11,327 nucleotides of DNA from Candidatus Rokuibacteriota bacterium (GCA_044866005.1 JBIOTN010000035.1:1-11327), one strand, 5' to 3'; positions 1 to 7,577 are shown, counted from the stretch's first letter. A program made the numbers and translations. The notes: generated by a model not told the origin, from the sequence alone.

Positions 1-583
1 TCCCGGCGAGCGAGACCAGGTTGTCGTCGTAGAGGCAGGTGAGCCGGCCGAGCCCGAGATGCCCGGCGAGCGAGACCGCCTCGGCCGCGACGCCCTCCAT
101 GAGATCGCCGTCGGAGCAGAGCACGTACGTCCGGTGGTCCACGATCGTGTGGCCGGGCCGGTTGAAGCGTGCCCCGAGATGGCGCTCGGCGATCGCCATG
201 CCGACGGCGTTCGCGATCCCCTGGCCGAGCGGTCCGGTCGTCGCCTCCACGCCCGGTGTCACGTGATACTCCGGGTGGCCCGGCGTGCGCGAGCCCCACT
301 GCCGGAAGCACTGGAGCTCCGCGAGCGGGAGGTCGTAACCCGTGAGGTGGAGGAGCGCGTAAAGCAGCATCGAGCCGTGACCGGCCGAGAGGACGAACCG
401 GTCACGGTCCGGCCATCCGGGGTCGGCGGGGTTGTGCCGGAGGAAGCGCGTCCACAGGACGTAGGCCGCGGGCGCCGCGCCCATCGGGAGCCCCGGATGC
501 CCCGATTTCGCCTTCTGGACGGCGTCGGCCGCCAGGAAGCGGATCGTGTTGACGCACAAGCTGTCGAGCTCGGGCCCTGTCAT
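1..583 (-). CDS. tkt: Transketolase, N-terminal part (3' end beyond left edge)
   Basis: Manual translation from ATG at 583: [35 protein letters not shown]...[18 protein letters not shown]...[13 protein letters not shown]...[23 protein letters not shown]...SDGDLMEG...LYDDN (TPP-binding motif). SD AGGAG at 593-597 (minus). ATGA overlap with the gntK stop. Not in the supplied ORF track because it has no stop in the window. Confidence 0.97.
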   Translation of the reverse strand, partial: MTGPELDSLCVNTIRFLAADAVQKAKSGHPGLPMGAAPAAYVLWTRFLRHNPADPGWPDRDRFVLSAGHGSMLLYALLHLTGYDLPLAELQCFRQWGSRTPGHPEYHVTPGVEATTGPLGQGIANAVGMAIAERHLGARFNRPGHTIVDHRTYVLCSDGDLMEGVAAEAVSLAGHLGLGRLTCLYDDNLVSLAG

Positions 584-2121
584 GCCGAGACTCTCCTGTC
601 CGCGTCGGCCCGGCCGAGCCGCGCGCGGCTCTCGTAGAACGGGATCAGCGCGTCGTAGAGGTGGCGGTGCCGCGCCAGACCCGCACGGTACCGCGCGTGG
701 CGTCCCGGATCCGGCAGGACGGGCGGGTCGAGGCCGGCCGGCGCGGCGTCGATGGACGGCAGGACGCCCAGCGCTTCGAGCCCGAGCAGCGCGGCGCCGC
801 GACTGGAGGCCTCGCGCTCGCTCGAGGGTCGGATCGGCACGCCGAGGACGTCGGCCATGATCTGGGTCCAGGCCGGCGAGGCCGCGAGCGCCCCGCCGGT
901 CGCGACGACCTCGCCCGCCCCCGGGCACGCCTCCCGCAGGGGCCCGTAGATCAGGGCGAAGCGGTACGCGACGGTCTCGAGCGCGGCCCGCACGATGTCG
1001 ATCGGGCGCGTGGCGAGCGAGAGGCCGGCGATGGCGGCCCGCGCCGTCGCGACCCAGCCCGGGCTCCGCTCGCCGGCGAGGAACGGCAACAGCGTGAGCC
1101 CGTGCGCGTCCGGCGTCATCGTCGCGACCTCGCGCTCGATCTCGTCCGGGTCGCCGAGCGCGAGCACGTCGCGGAGCCAGGCGTAGAGGTTCCCACCGTT
1201 CGACAGCGCGCCGCCGAGGAGCACCCGCCGCCGGTCCACCCGGTAGCACCAGAGCCCGCGCGGCACCGTGACGGTCTCCGTCGCCCAGGCCACCCGCATC
1301 GCGCCCGAGGTCCCGACCATCAGCGCCGCCCGGTCGGGCGCGATGCAGCCGGCGCCGACGTTGGAGCAGGCGCCGTCCCCGAGCGCCGGGAGCCACGGCA
1401 CGCGGGCCAGCGCCGGCCAGCGACGCGCGAACTCGCCGCGCAGGCCCCCGAAGGGCGCGTCGAGGTCCGCCAGCGGCGCGAGCGCGTCGGGCGAGAGCTC
1501 GAGCGCGCCGAGGACGGGCTCGTCCCAGCATTGCGCGTGCTGGTCGAAGAGGCCGGTGGCCGAGGCCATGGAGATGCTGCAGCGCGTGTCCCCGAAGAGT
1601 CGGAGGTGGAGGTACTCGCCGAACGACATGAAGCGGCGGACGCGCGCGAACGCGCCTGGGTCCGCCATCCGGAGCCAGAGGAGGCGCGCGGGGAGGTAGG
1701 AGGTGTGGAGGACGCAGCCCGTGCGCGCGTGGTACGCCTTCTCGTCGAGCCGTCCCCGCAAGAGCTCGACGGCGTGGGCGCTCCGGGTGTCCGCCCAGGA
1801 GTAAAGCGGCGTCCCGGCGCGGTCGTCGGGCCCGACGCCGAGGACCGTGTGCCAGAAGGTGGACACGGCGACCGCGCCGACGCGCTGAGCCGCCGGGCGG
1901 ACGTCGGCGAGCAGGCCGTCGAGCGCCTCGGCGACGAGCGCGAGAAGCTGCTCGGGGTCCACCTCGACGCCGCCGTCCGGCGTCGTGGTCGGCTCGTAGT
2001 CGCGCTGATGGGCGCGTGAGACCGCGTGGCCGCGACCATCGAAGCAGAGCGCGCGGACCGACGAGGAGCCGACGTCGAGCGTGAGGATGAGCGGGGACTC
2101 CGGCGGGCGGTCGGGCGGCAT
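580..2121 (-). CDS. gntK: Gluconokinase, FGGY carbohydrate kinase family (Bacillus GntK-like)
   Basis: 513 aa with [10 protein letters not shown] phosphate loop, [42 protein letters not shown] and TGGAL motifs. It lies directly upstream of transketolase. The family is secure; gluconate specificity is likely but inferred. Confidence 0.85.
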   Translation of the reverse strand: MPPDRPPESPLILTLDVGSSSVRALCFDGRGHAVSRAHQRDYEPTTTPDGGVEVDPEQLLALVAEALDGLLADVRPAAQRVGAVAVSTFWHTVLGVGPDDRAGTPLYSWADTRSAHAVELLRGRLDEKAYHARTGCVLHTSYLPARLLWLRMADPGAFARVRRFMSFGEYLHLRLFGDTRCSISMASATGLFDQHAQCWDEPVLGALELSPDALAPLADLDAPFGGLRGEFARRWPALARVPWLPALGDGACSNVGAGCIAPDRAALMVGTSGAMRVAWATETVTVPRGLWCYRVDRRRVLLGGALSNGGNLYAWLRDVLALGDPDEIEREVATMTPDAHGLTLLPFLAGERSPGWVATARAAIAGLSLATRPIDIVRAALETVAYRFALIYGPLREACPGAGEVVATGGALAASPAWTQIMADVLGVPIRPSSEREASSRGAALLGLEALGVLPSIDAAPAGLDPPVLPDPGRHARYRAGLARHRHLYDALIPFYESRARLGRADADRRVSA

Positions 2122-2129
2122 CCCGCCTC

Positions 2130-2138
2130 ATCCTAGCA
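2130..2138 (-). promoter_or_regulatory. Extended -10 promoter (TGcTAGGAT) for gntK-tkt, probably leaderless or near-leaderless
   Basis: Minus strand reads TGC-TAGGAT-gaggcggg-ATG(2121): a TANNNT hexamer with a TG extension, 8 nt before the start codon. Confidence 0.5.
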
Positions 2139-2154
2139 GGGCGGTCAGGGAAAC

Positions 2155-2296
2155 ACTAGTGCGCGGCCGATGAACTTCGCCTGGCGTCGTCCTCGGTCGT
2201 CGGCGGACCTCGACGCCTGCGGCATACGCCTGCGTCCTGGCCAGGCTCGTTCCTCGGCCCCGCATCCAGGGCGAACCGTGGGCGGTCCGAACCAGT
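2155..2296. repeat. Degenerate MITE/REP-like structured intergenic element
   Basis: Starts with ACTAGT (2155-2160) and ends with ACCAGT (2291-2296). Inner inverted pair TTCGCCTGG (2176-2184) / CCAGGGCGAA (2266-2275). Direct repeats ACGCCTGCG (2213-2221, 2226-2234) and TCCTCGG (2190-2196, 2251-2257). Palindrome CCTGGCCAGG (2236-2245). Confidence 0.4.
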
Positions 2297-2315
2297 ACAA
2301 TAAGAGACGCAGGAG
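2296..2315 (+). promoter_or_regulatory. -10 box TACAAT (2296-2301) and SD AGGAG (2311-2315) for the PAS gene
   Basis: Near-consensus -10 in an AT-rich patch and SD 8 nt before ATG 2324. No convincing -35. Confidence 0.55.
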
Positions 2316-2323
2316 CGACCGGC

Positions 2324-2758
2324 ATGCCCACCCGCGTAGACCTCGAGGCGCTCGTGCGCGCCGCCGGCGACGCCATCGTCGTGGCCGACCCGGAGGGGCT
2401 CGTCCGCCTCTGGAACCCGGCTGCGGAGCGGATCTTCGGCTTCACGGCGGAGGAGATGCTGGGCCGCTCGCTCGACCTCATCATCCCGGAGCGCTTTCGC
2501 GCGCGGCACTGGGCGGGCTACCGCGAGGTGATGCGCAGCGGGCAGACCCGCTACGGAACCCAGCTCTTGCGCGTCCCGGCCGCCCGGAAGGACGGCCAGC
2601 GGATCTCCATCGCCTTCACGGTCGCGCTCATCATGGGCGCCGACGGCCAGGTGAGCGGGATCGCCGCCTTCGTCCGCGACGAGACGGCGCGCTGGGACGA
2701 GGAACAGAAGCTCCGCCGCCGGATCGCCGAGCTCGAAGGACGCCGCGCGCCGGCCTGA
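2324..2758 (+). CDS. Stand-alone PAS/PAC domain protein, possibly heme-binding (FixL-like)
   Basis: 144 aa: DAIVVAD-EG-VRLWNPAAERIFGFTAEEMLGRSLDLIIP (PAS S-box), RKDG...AFVRDET (PAC), then a short coiled-coil tail. Good SD. No output domain. Confidence 0.9.
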   Translation: MPTRVDLEALVRAAGDAIVVADPEGLVRLWNPAAERIFGFTAEEMLGRSLDLIIPERFRARHWAGYREVMRSGQTRYGTQLLRVPAARKDGQRISIAFTVALIMGADGQVSGIAAFVRDETARWDEEQKLRRRIAELEGRRAPA

Positions 2759-2769
2759 GGGCGACCCTG

Positions 2770-3015
2770 GTGGGCGCCTTCCGGTTCGAGATCGGCCAGC
2801 GGGTCCGTGTCGTGACCCACCCCGCCCGGCCCGTCGGCACGGTCGTCGCGCGCTGGACCGCCGCCGAGATGGCCGACGTCCACGGCGAGAACGTCTACGC
2901 GGTGAGCGTCTTCGTCACGAAGCAGCGGGAGTCGAGCCTCGAACCCGTGGACGAGGGGCCGGCACGGTCGGAGGCGTCGTCGGGCCGGCGGCTCATCGAG
3001 CTGGACGGCGAGTAG
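2770..3015 (+). CDS. Small hypothetical protein (81 aa), SH3/KOW-like beta pattern
   Basis: C-terminal part of the 2170..3015 ORF, from GTG 2770 with GAGG at 2757-2760. FRFEIGQRVRV...VGTVV...VYAV...RESSLEPV has the pattern of small SH3-like barrels. The upstream part of that ORF is an Arg-rich shadow of the PAS gene. Confidence 0.6.
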   Translation: MGAFRFEIGQRVRVVTHPARPVGTVVARWTAAEMADVHGENVYAVSVFVTKQRESSLEPVDEGPARSEASSGRRLIELDGE

Positions 3016-3074
3016 GGGCGGAGGGGCGGCTCCCATCTGGGACGCGGCGGCCGGGGATCGGGGTCCGCGAATCG

Positions 3075-3104
3075 TTGACAGCACGCGCCCGAGGCCCGGA
3101 CAAT
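3075..3104 (+). promoter_or_regulatory. Sigma70-type promoter for the hybrid kinase operon
   Basis: Perfect TTGACA (3075-3080), 18-bp spacer, GACAAT (3099-3104), about 100 nt upstream of the kinase start. Confidence 0.7.
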
Positions 3105-3204
3105 AAGGGCCGCGCGGCGCCTCGCGCCGCCCGGTCCCGGGAGGGGGGACCGAATCTGCGCGTCCGGCCGGCCAGGCGCAGGGCCTCGCCGTTCGGACTG
3201 GGAG

Positions 3205-6200
3205 GTGGCGCGTTTGGCTCGATCCCTCCGGACCTCCGGCCGGCCGCACTCGCTGAGAACCCACCTCGTCGGGTTGGTCCTCGCCGTCCTCTTGCCGCTG
3301 GTCGGATTTTCGGCGATCGTCGTCGTCCTCTTCGGCCAGCACGAGCGCGCGGCCATCGAGCGCGGGCTGCTCGACACCGCGCGCGCGCTGTCGGTCGCGG
3401 TGGACAAGGAGCTGGAGGCCTCCATCGCGAGGCTCGAGGTACTGGCGGGTTCCCGGCAGCTCGACTCGGGGGACCTGGCGGCGGTTCACGAGACGGCCGG
3501 CCGCGTGCGCGCGCAGAATCCCGACTGGTACACGATCGCCCTCTTCGACGCGACGGGCGCGCAGCTCTTGGATCTGCAGTCCCCTCTCGGCGCGCCCCTG
3601 CCCTCGGTCTCGGACCGCGAGCATTTCCGCCAGGTCGTCGCCACGGGGCGGCCCGCGATCTCGAACCTGATCGACGCGGGGGTCGGCCAGCGGCGCGCCG
3701 TCGTGGTCGCGGTCCCCGTGGTCCGGGACGGCCGCCTCCGCTACGTGCTGACGGCGGGGATCGACCTGGCCTCGCTCACGAACCTCCTGGTCCGACAGCA
3801 GCGAATCCCCGCCGACTGGACCGGCGCGATCCTCGACCGGAACGGGCTGATCATCGCGCGCAACCGCGCGCCCGCGCAGTGGGTGGGCCAGCCCGCCACG
3901 GCCGACCTCCAGGCCGCGAGCAGGGCGCGGGCGGAAGGCGCCTACCTCGCGACGACGAAGGAAGGGACGCCGGTCTACGCGGGCTTCAGCCGGGCGCCCC
4001 TGTCCGGCTGGACCGTGGCGCTCGGGGTGCCGGCGGCGGCCGTCGAGGGGCCCCTCCGCCGCTCGCTCTGGATGCTCGGGGCGGTCGGCGTGGGGCTCCT
4101 GGTCGTGGCCGTCGGCTTCGCCTCGCTCCTGGGCCGACGCATCGCGCGGGCCATCGCCGGGCTCGCGGCCGCGGCACAGCGGCTCGGGCACGGGGCGACG
4201 GTCGCGGGCGCCGACGTCTCGCCGGTCCGCGAGGTCAACGGGCTCGCGCGTGAGATCGACCAGGCGGCGCGCCTCATCCACCAGCACGCCGAGGAGCGCA
4301 ACCGGGCCCAGGCGGCGCTCCAGGACACCAACCAGACCCTGCAAGCCCTGATCGACGCCTCGCACACGCTCTCCGCGAACCTCGACCTGGAGAAGGTCGT
4401 GCAGGCCGTGACGGACACGGCCACGCGGGAGGCAGGCGCCCGGTTCGGCGCCTTCTTCTACAACGTCGTGGACGCGCGGGGCGAGTCGTACACGCTCTAC
4501 ACGCTCTCCGGCGCGTCGCGCGAGGCCTTCGCGAGCTTTCCGATGCCCCGGAACACCCAGCTCTTCGGCCCGACCTTCCGCGGCGAGGTCGTGCGGATCG
4601 ATGACGTCCGGCAGGACCCGCGGTATGGGAAGAGCGCGCCCTACCACGGGATGCCGCCGGGACACCTCCCCGTCAGGAGCTACCTCGCCGTCCCGGTGAT
4701 CTCGCGCACCGGCGAGGTCCTCGGCGGGCTCTTCTTCGGCCACGATCAGCCGGGCGTCTTCGGCGAGCGCGAGGAGCGGCTCGTCCTGGGCCTCGCCGCC
4801 CAGGCGGCGATCGCCATCGACAACGCGCGCCTCTACGAGGCCGAGCGCTTCGCCCGCGCTCAGGCCGAGACCGCCGAGGCGCGCGCCGTCTTCCTGGCCG
4901 AGGCCAGCGCCATCCTGGCGTCGTCGCTCGACTACGAGACCACGCTCGCGAGCGTGGCCCGGCTGGCCGTGCCCACGCTGGGCGACTGGTGCGCCGTCCA
5001 CGTCGCGGAGCAGGGCGGACCGATCCGGTGCCTGGCCGCCGCCCATCGCGATCCGGCGAAGTCCCGGCTCGCGCGCGAGCTGCAGGAACGCTACCCGATC
5101 AAGGCGACCTCGCGCCACGGGGTGCCCCGCGTCCTCCGCACGGGGCAGCCCGAGCTCCATCCCGACTTCCCCGCCTGGTGGCTTCAGGGCGTCGCGCGCG
5201 ACGCCGACGACCTCGCGACGCTGCGCGGGTTCGGGTTCACCTCCATGATGATCGTTCCGCTGCTGGCCCGCGGCCGGGCGCTCGGCACGATCACCTGCCT
5301 GACCGCCGAGTCGGGGCGACGCTACGACAAGGCCGACCTCGCGTTCGCCGAGGAGCTGGCGCGACGCGCCGCGACGGCCGTCGACAACACGCGGCTCTAC
5401 GCGGAGGCGCACGCGGCGAACCGCGCGAAGGACGAGTTCCTCGCCACCGTCTCGCACGAGCTCAGGACGCCCCTGAACGCGATCCTCGGCTGGGCCCAGC
5501 TGCTCCGGCTGGGCCAGCGGGACGAGGCCACGCTGAGGCGGGCGCTCGACACGATCGAGCGCAACGCCAAGGCCCAGGCCCGGCTCGTCAACGACCTCCT
5601 GGACGTCTCCCGCGCGATCGCCGGGAAGCTCCGACTCGACCTCCGCTCCGTCCATCTGCCCGGGGTCATCGCCGCGACGCTCGAGACCCTCCGGCCGGCG
5701 GCCGAGGTCAAGGCCATCCGGTTCGCGACGGCCCTCGACCCGTCGGTGGACCAGGTCGTGGCCGACCCGGATCGGCTCCAGCAGATCGTCTGGAACCTGG
5801 TCTCGAACGCCGTCAAGTTCACGCCGCAGGGCGGGCGTGTCGAGGTCCAGGTCGCGCACGTGGAGTCGCAGGTCGAGATCACGGTGGCGGACACCGGGGT
5901 CGGGATCCCCCGCGAGTTCCTCCCCTACGTCTTCGAGCGCTTCCGCCAGGCGGACAGCACGACCACCCGGACCCACAGCGGACTCGGGCTCGGGCTGGGG
6001 ATCGTCCGCCATCTGGTCGAGCTCCACGGTGGCGCGGTCCGGGCAGAGAGCGCGGGCAAGGGCCAGGGGGCGAGGTTCACCGTGACGCTTCCCCTCCTGC
6101 CGGTGGCCGCGGGGGCCCGGCACGAGGGCGCCCCACCGGGACCGGCGACCCGCGCGATCGATCGGGTGGACGCGGGCCGGACGCTCGACGGGATCCGGGT

Positions 6201-6570
6201 GCTCGTCGTGGACGACGAGGCCGACGCGCGCGACCTGATCAGCACGGTCCTCCAGGCGGGCGGCGCGCGCGTGACCGCCGTGGCGTCCGCCGCGGAGGCC
6301 CTGGACGTCCTCGCGCGCCAACGGCCGGACGTCCTGGTGAGCGACATCGGGATGCCGGACGAGGACGGCTACGCGCTGATCCGCAAAGTCCGGGCGCTGC
6401 CGGCGGAGCGCGGCGGGCGGATCCCGGCCGCCGCGCTCACGGCGTACGCGGGCAAGGACGATCGACATCGGGTGCTCGAGGCGGGGTACCAGCAGCACGT
6501 GCCCAAGCCCGTCGAGCCGGCCATGCTGACCGCCCTGGTCGCGACGCTCGCGTGGGGGGGGCGCCGCTAG
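3205..6570 (+). CDS. Membrane-bound hybrid sensor histidine kinase/response regulator (TM-Cache-TM-HAMP-GAF-GAF-HisKA-HATPase_c-REC)
   Basis: Two hydrophobic TM segments flank a dCache-like region (DREHFRQV..TG.PAIS, VVVAVPV, GWTVALGVP). Two GAF domains (SYLAVPVISRTGEVLGGL, MIVPLLARGRALGTI). H-box SHELRTPL (His751, 5455-5457), N-box NLVSNAVKFT, DTGVGI, FERFRQ, GLGLGL. Receiver VDD...SDIGMP (Asp1047, 6343-6345)...KP. SD GGAGG at 3201-3205 suggests TTG 3214 as the real start. Confidence 0.95.
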   Translation: MARLARSLRTSGRPHSLRTHLVGLVLAVLLPLVGFSAIVVVLFGQHERAAIERGLLDTARALSVAVDKELEASIARLEVLAGSRQLDSGDLAAVHETAGRVRAQNPDWYTIALFDATGAQLLDLQSPLGAPLPSVSDREHFRQVVATGRPAISNLIDAGVGQRRAVVVAVPVVRDGRLRYVLTAGIDLASLTNLLVRQQRIPADWTGAILDRNGLIIARNRAPAQWVGQPATADLQAASRARAEGAYLATTKEGTPVYAGFSRAPLSGWTVALGVPAAAVEGPLRRSLWMLGAVGVGLLVVAVGFASLLGRRIARAIAGLAAAAQRLGHGATVAGADVSPVREVNGLAREIDQAARLIHQHAEERNRAQAALQDTNQTLQALIDASHTLSANLDLEKVVQAVTDTATREAGARFGAFFYNVVDARGESYTLYTLSGASREAFASFPMPRNTQLFGPTFRGEVVRIDDVRQDPRYGKSAPYHGMPPGHLPVRSYLAVPVISRTGEVLGGLFFGHDQPGVFGEREERLVLGLAAQAAIAIDNARLYEAERFARAQAETAEARAVFLAEASAILASSLDYETTLASVARLAVPTLGDWCAVHVAEQGGPIRCLAAAHRDPAKSRLARELQERYPIKATSRHGVPRVLRTGQPELHPDFPAWWLQGVARDADDLATLRGFGFTSMMIVPLLARGRALGTITCLTAESGRRYDKADLAFAEELARRAATAVDNTRLYAEAHAANRAKDEFLATVSHELRTPLNAILGWAQLLRLGQRDEATLRRALDTIERNAKAQARLVNDLLDVSRAIAGKLRLDLRSVHLPGVIAATLETLRPAAEVKAIRFATALDPSVDQVVADPDRLQQIVWNLVSNAVKFTPQGGRVEVQVAHVESQVEITVADTGVGIPREFLPYVFERFRQADSTTTRTHSGLGLGLGIVRHLVELHGGAVRAESAGKGQGARFTVTLPLLPVAAGARHEGAPPGPATRAIDRVDAGRTLDGIRVLVVDDEADARDLISTVLQAGGARVTAVASAAEALDVLARQRPDVLVSDIGMPDEDGYALIRKVRALPAERGGRIPAAALTAYAGKDDRHRVLEAGYQQHVPKPVEPAMLTALVATLAWGGRR

Positions 6571-6572
6571 AG

Positions 6573-6776
6573 ATGGACATGGCCGGCGTGGTGGTCGGGA
6601 CGATCACGAAGGTGGACCCGGCGCGGCGAACGATCCTCGTCGGAGGGCTCCACTTCCTCGTCCCGAAAGAGGTCTCGCTCGCCGGGATCGTCGAGGGCAT
6701 GAGCGTCACGATCACCTACGAGCTGGTGGAGGGCAAGCACCGGGCGACCGAGATCCGGGCCAACCCGCCGGCGTGA
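6573..6776 (+). CDS. Small OB-fold-like protein (DUF1344/DUF5666-like), 67 aa
   Basis: MDMAGVVVGTITKVDPARRTILVGG...LAGIVEGMSVTITYELVEGKHRATEI is the tail of the 4989..6776 ORF. It starts 2 nt after the kinase stop (alternative ATG 6579) and has a GTGA overlap with the next gene. Confidence 0.75.
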   Translation: MDMAGVVVGTITKVDPARRTILVGGLHFLVPKEVSLAGIVEGMSVTITYELVEGKHRATEIRANPPA

Positions 6777-7501
6777 GTCGCCCCGTGGAGGTCCGCGAGA
6801 TCCCATCCGGCTGGTTCTGGATGGGGTGGGAGGAGGGCGCCCCCGGTGAGCGGCCTCGCCACCGCGTCTGGGTGGATCGCTTCGCCATCGGCGCCCACCC
6901 GGTCACCAACGCCGAGTACGGCGCATTCCTCGCGGCCAGCGGCCATCCCCCGGCCCCGTTCGCGGCCGATCCTCCCCCGGCCCCGTTCGCGGCCGATCCT
7001 CGCTTCGGCGCGCCCGGCCAGCCGGTGGTCGGGACGAGCTGGCTCGACGCGTCGGCCTACTGCGCGTGGCTCAGTGCGACGACGGCGCAGCGTTTCCGGC
7101 TGCCGACGGAAGCCGAGTGGGAGCGGGCCGCGCGCGGCGGTCTCGAGGGCGCGCGCTATCCATGGGGCGACGCGCCGCCCGGCGCGGTCTTCCCGGAGGC
7201 GTGCCTGCCGCTGCCCGGCCCGCCGCCCGTGGGGTCGGGGCCGGCCAACGGCTTCGGCCTCACGGACACGAGCGGCGTCGTCCACGAGTGGTGCCTGGAC
7301 TGGCACGACGACGGCTACTACGCCGTCGCGCCCGAGCGCAACCCGCGGGGTCCGGTGAGCGGGAGCCGTCGCGCGTCGCGGGGCGGCGCCTGGCGCCACC
7401 AGCAGCCGTGGAGCGCCGTCGCCCACCGCTCGAGCCTGCCCCCCGCCCTCCGCTACTCGGATTACGGCTTCCGCGTCGTGCGCGAGCTCGCCGCCTCCTA
7501 G
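6773..7501 (+). CDS. FGE-sulfatase/SUMF1-fold protein (formylglycine-generating enzyme family), lacking catalytic cysteines
   Basis: 242 aa: IPSGWFWMG, ERPRHRV, PVTNAEY, PVVGTSWLDASAYCAW, RLPTEAEWERAARGG, YPWG, NGFGL.D.SG.V.EWC.DW, RGGAW, GFRVV. Confidence 0.92.
   Translation: MSRPVEVREIPSGWFWMGWEEGAPGERPRHRVWVDRFAIGAHPVTNAEYGAFLAASGHPPAPFAADPPPAPFAADPRFGAPGQPVVGTSWLDASAYCAWLSATTAQRFRLPTEAEWERAARGGLEGARYPWGDAPPGAVFPEACLPLPGPPPVGSGPANGFGLTDTSGVVHEWCLDWHDDGYYAVAPERNPRGPVSGSRRASRGGAWRHQQPWSAVAHRSSLPPALRYSDYGFRVVRELAAS
6947..7000 (+). repeat. Perfect in-frame 27-bp tandem duplication (PPAPFAADP x2)
   Basis: CCCCCGGCCCCGTTCGCGGCCGATCCT at 6947-6973 and 6974-7000, identical including third codon positions. 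Confidence 0.97.
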
Positions 7502-7577
7502 AGCGGTCGCGCGCGGCTCGCCCCGGGCCCGACTCCCGCGCTCGTCGACGCGATCCCACCGGCCCGAGGCCGCCGCC

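Noticed and set aside
59..2019. Plus-strand ORFs 59..637, 661..2019 and smaller ones
   Set aside because: Antisense to tkt and gntK, which carry clear family motifs.
2170..2769. N-terminal 200 aa of the 281-aa ORF 2170..3015
   Set aside because: Arg/Pro-rich alternate frame over the intergenic element and PAS gene. Only 2770..3015 looks coding.
3016..3070. Possible terminator after the SH3-like gene (TCCCA/TGGGA dyad)
   Set aside because: Short stem and no U-tract.
2551..6498. 1315-aa minus-strand ORF
   Set aside because: Antisense shadow of the kinase. Strong GC3 bias removes stops on the opposite strand, and it has no recognisable motifs.
3075..6572. Same-strand alternate-frame ORFs 3075..4253 and most of 4989..6776
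   Set aside because: Low-complexity Arg/Gly/Pro frames overlapping the kinase. The TTG at 3075 is the -35 box. Only 6573..6776 is retained.
6947..7000. CRISPR-like repeat
   Set aside because: Only two copies, no spacer, in frame within a CDS, and no cas genes.
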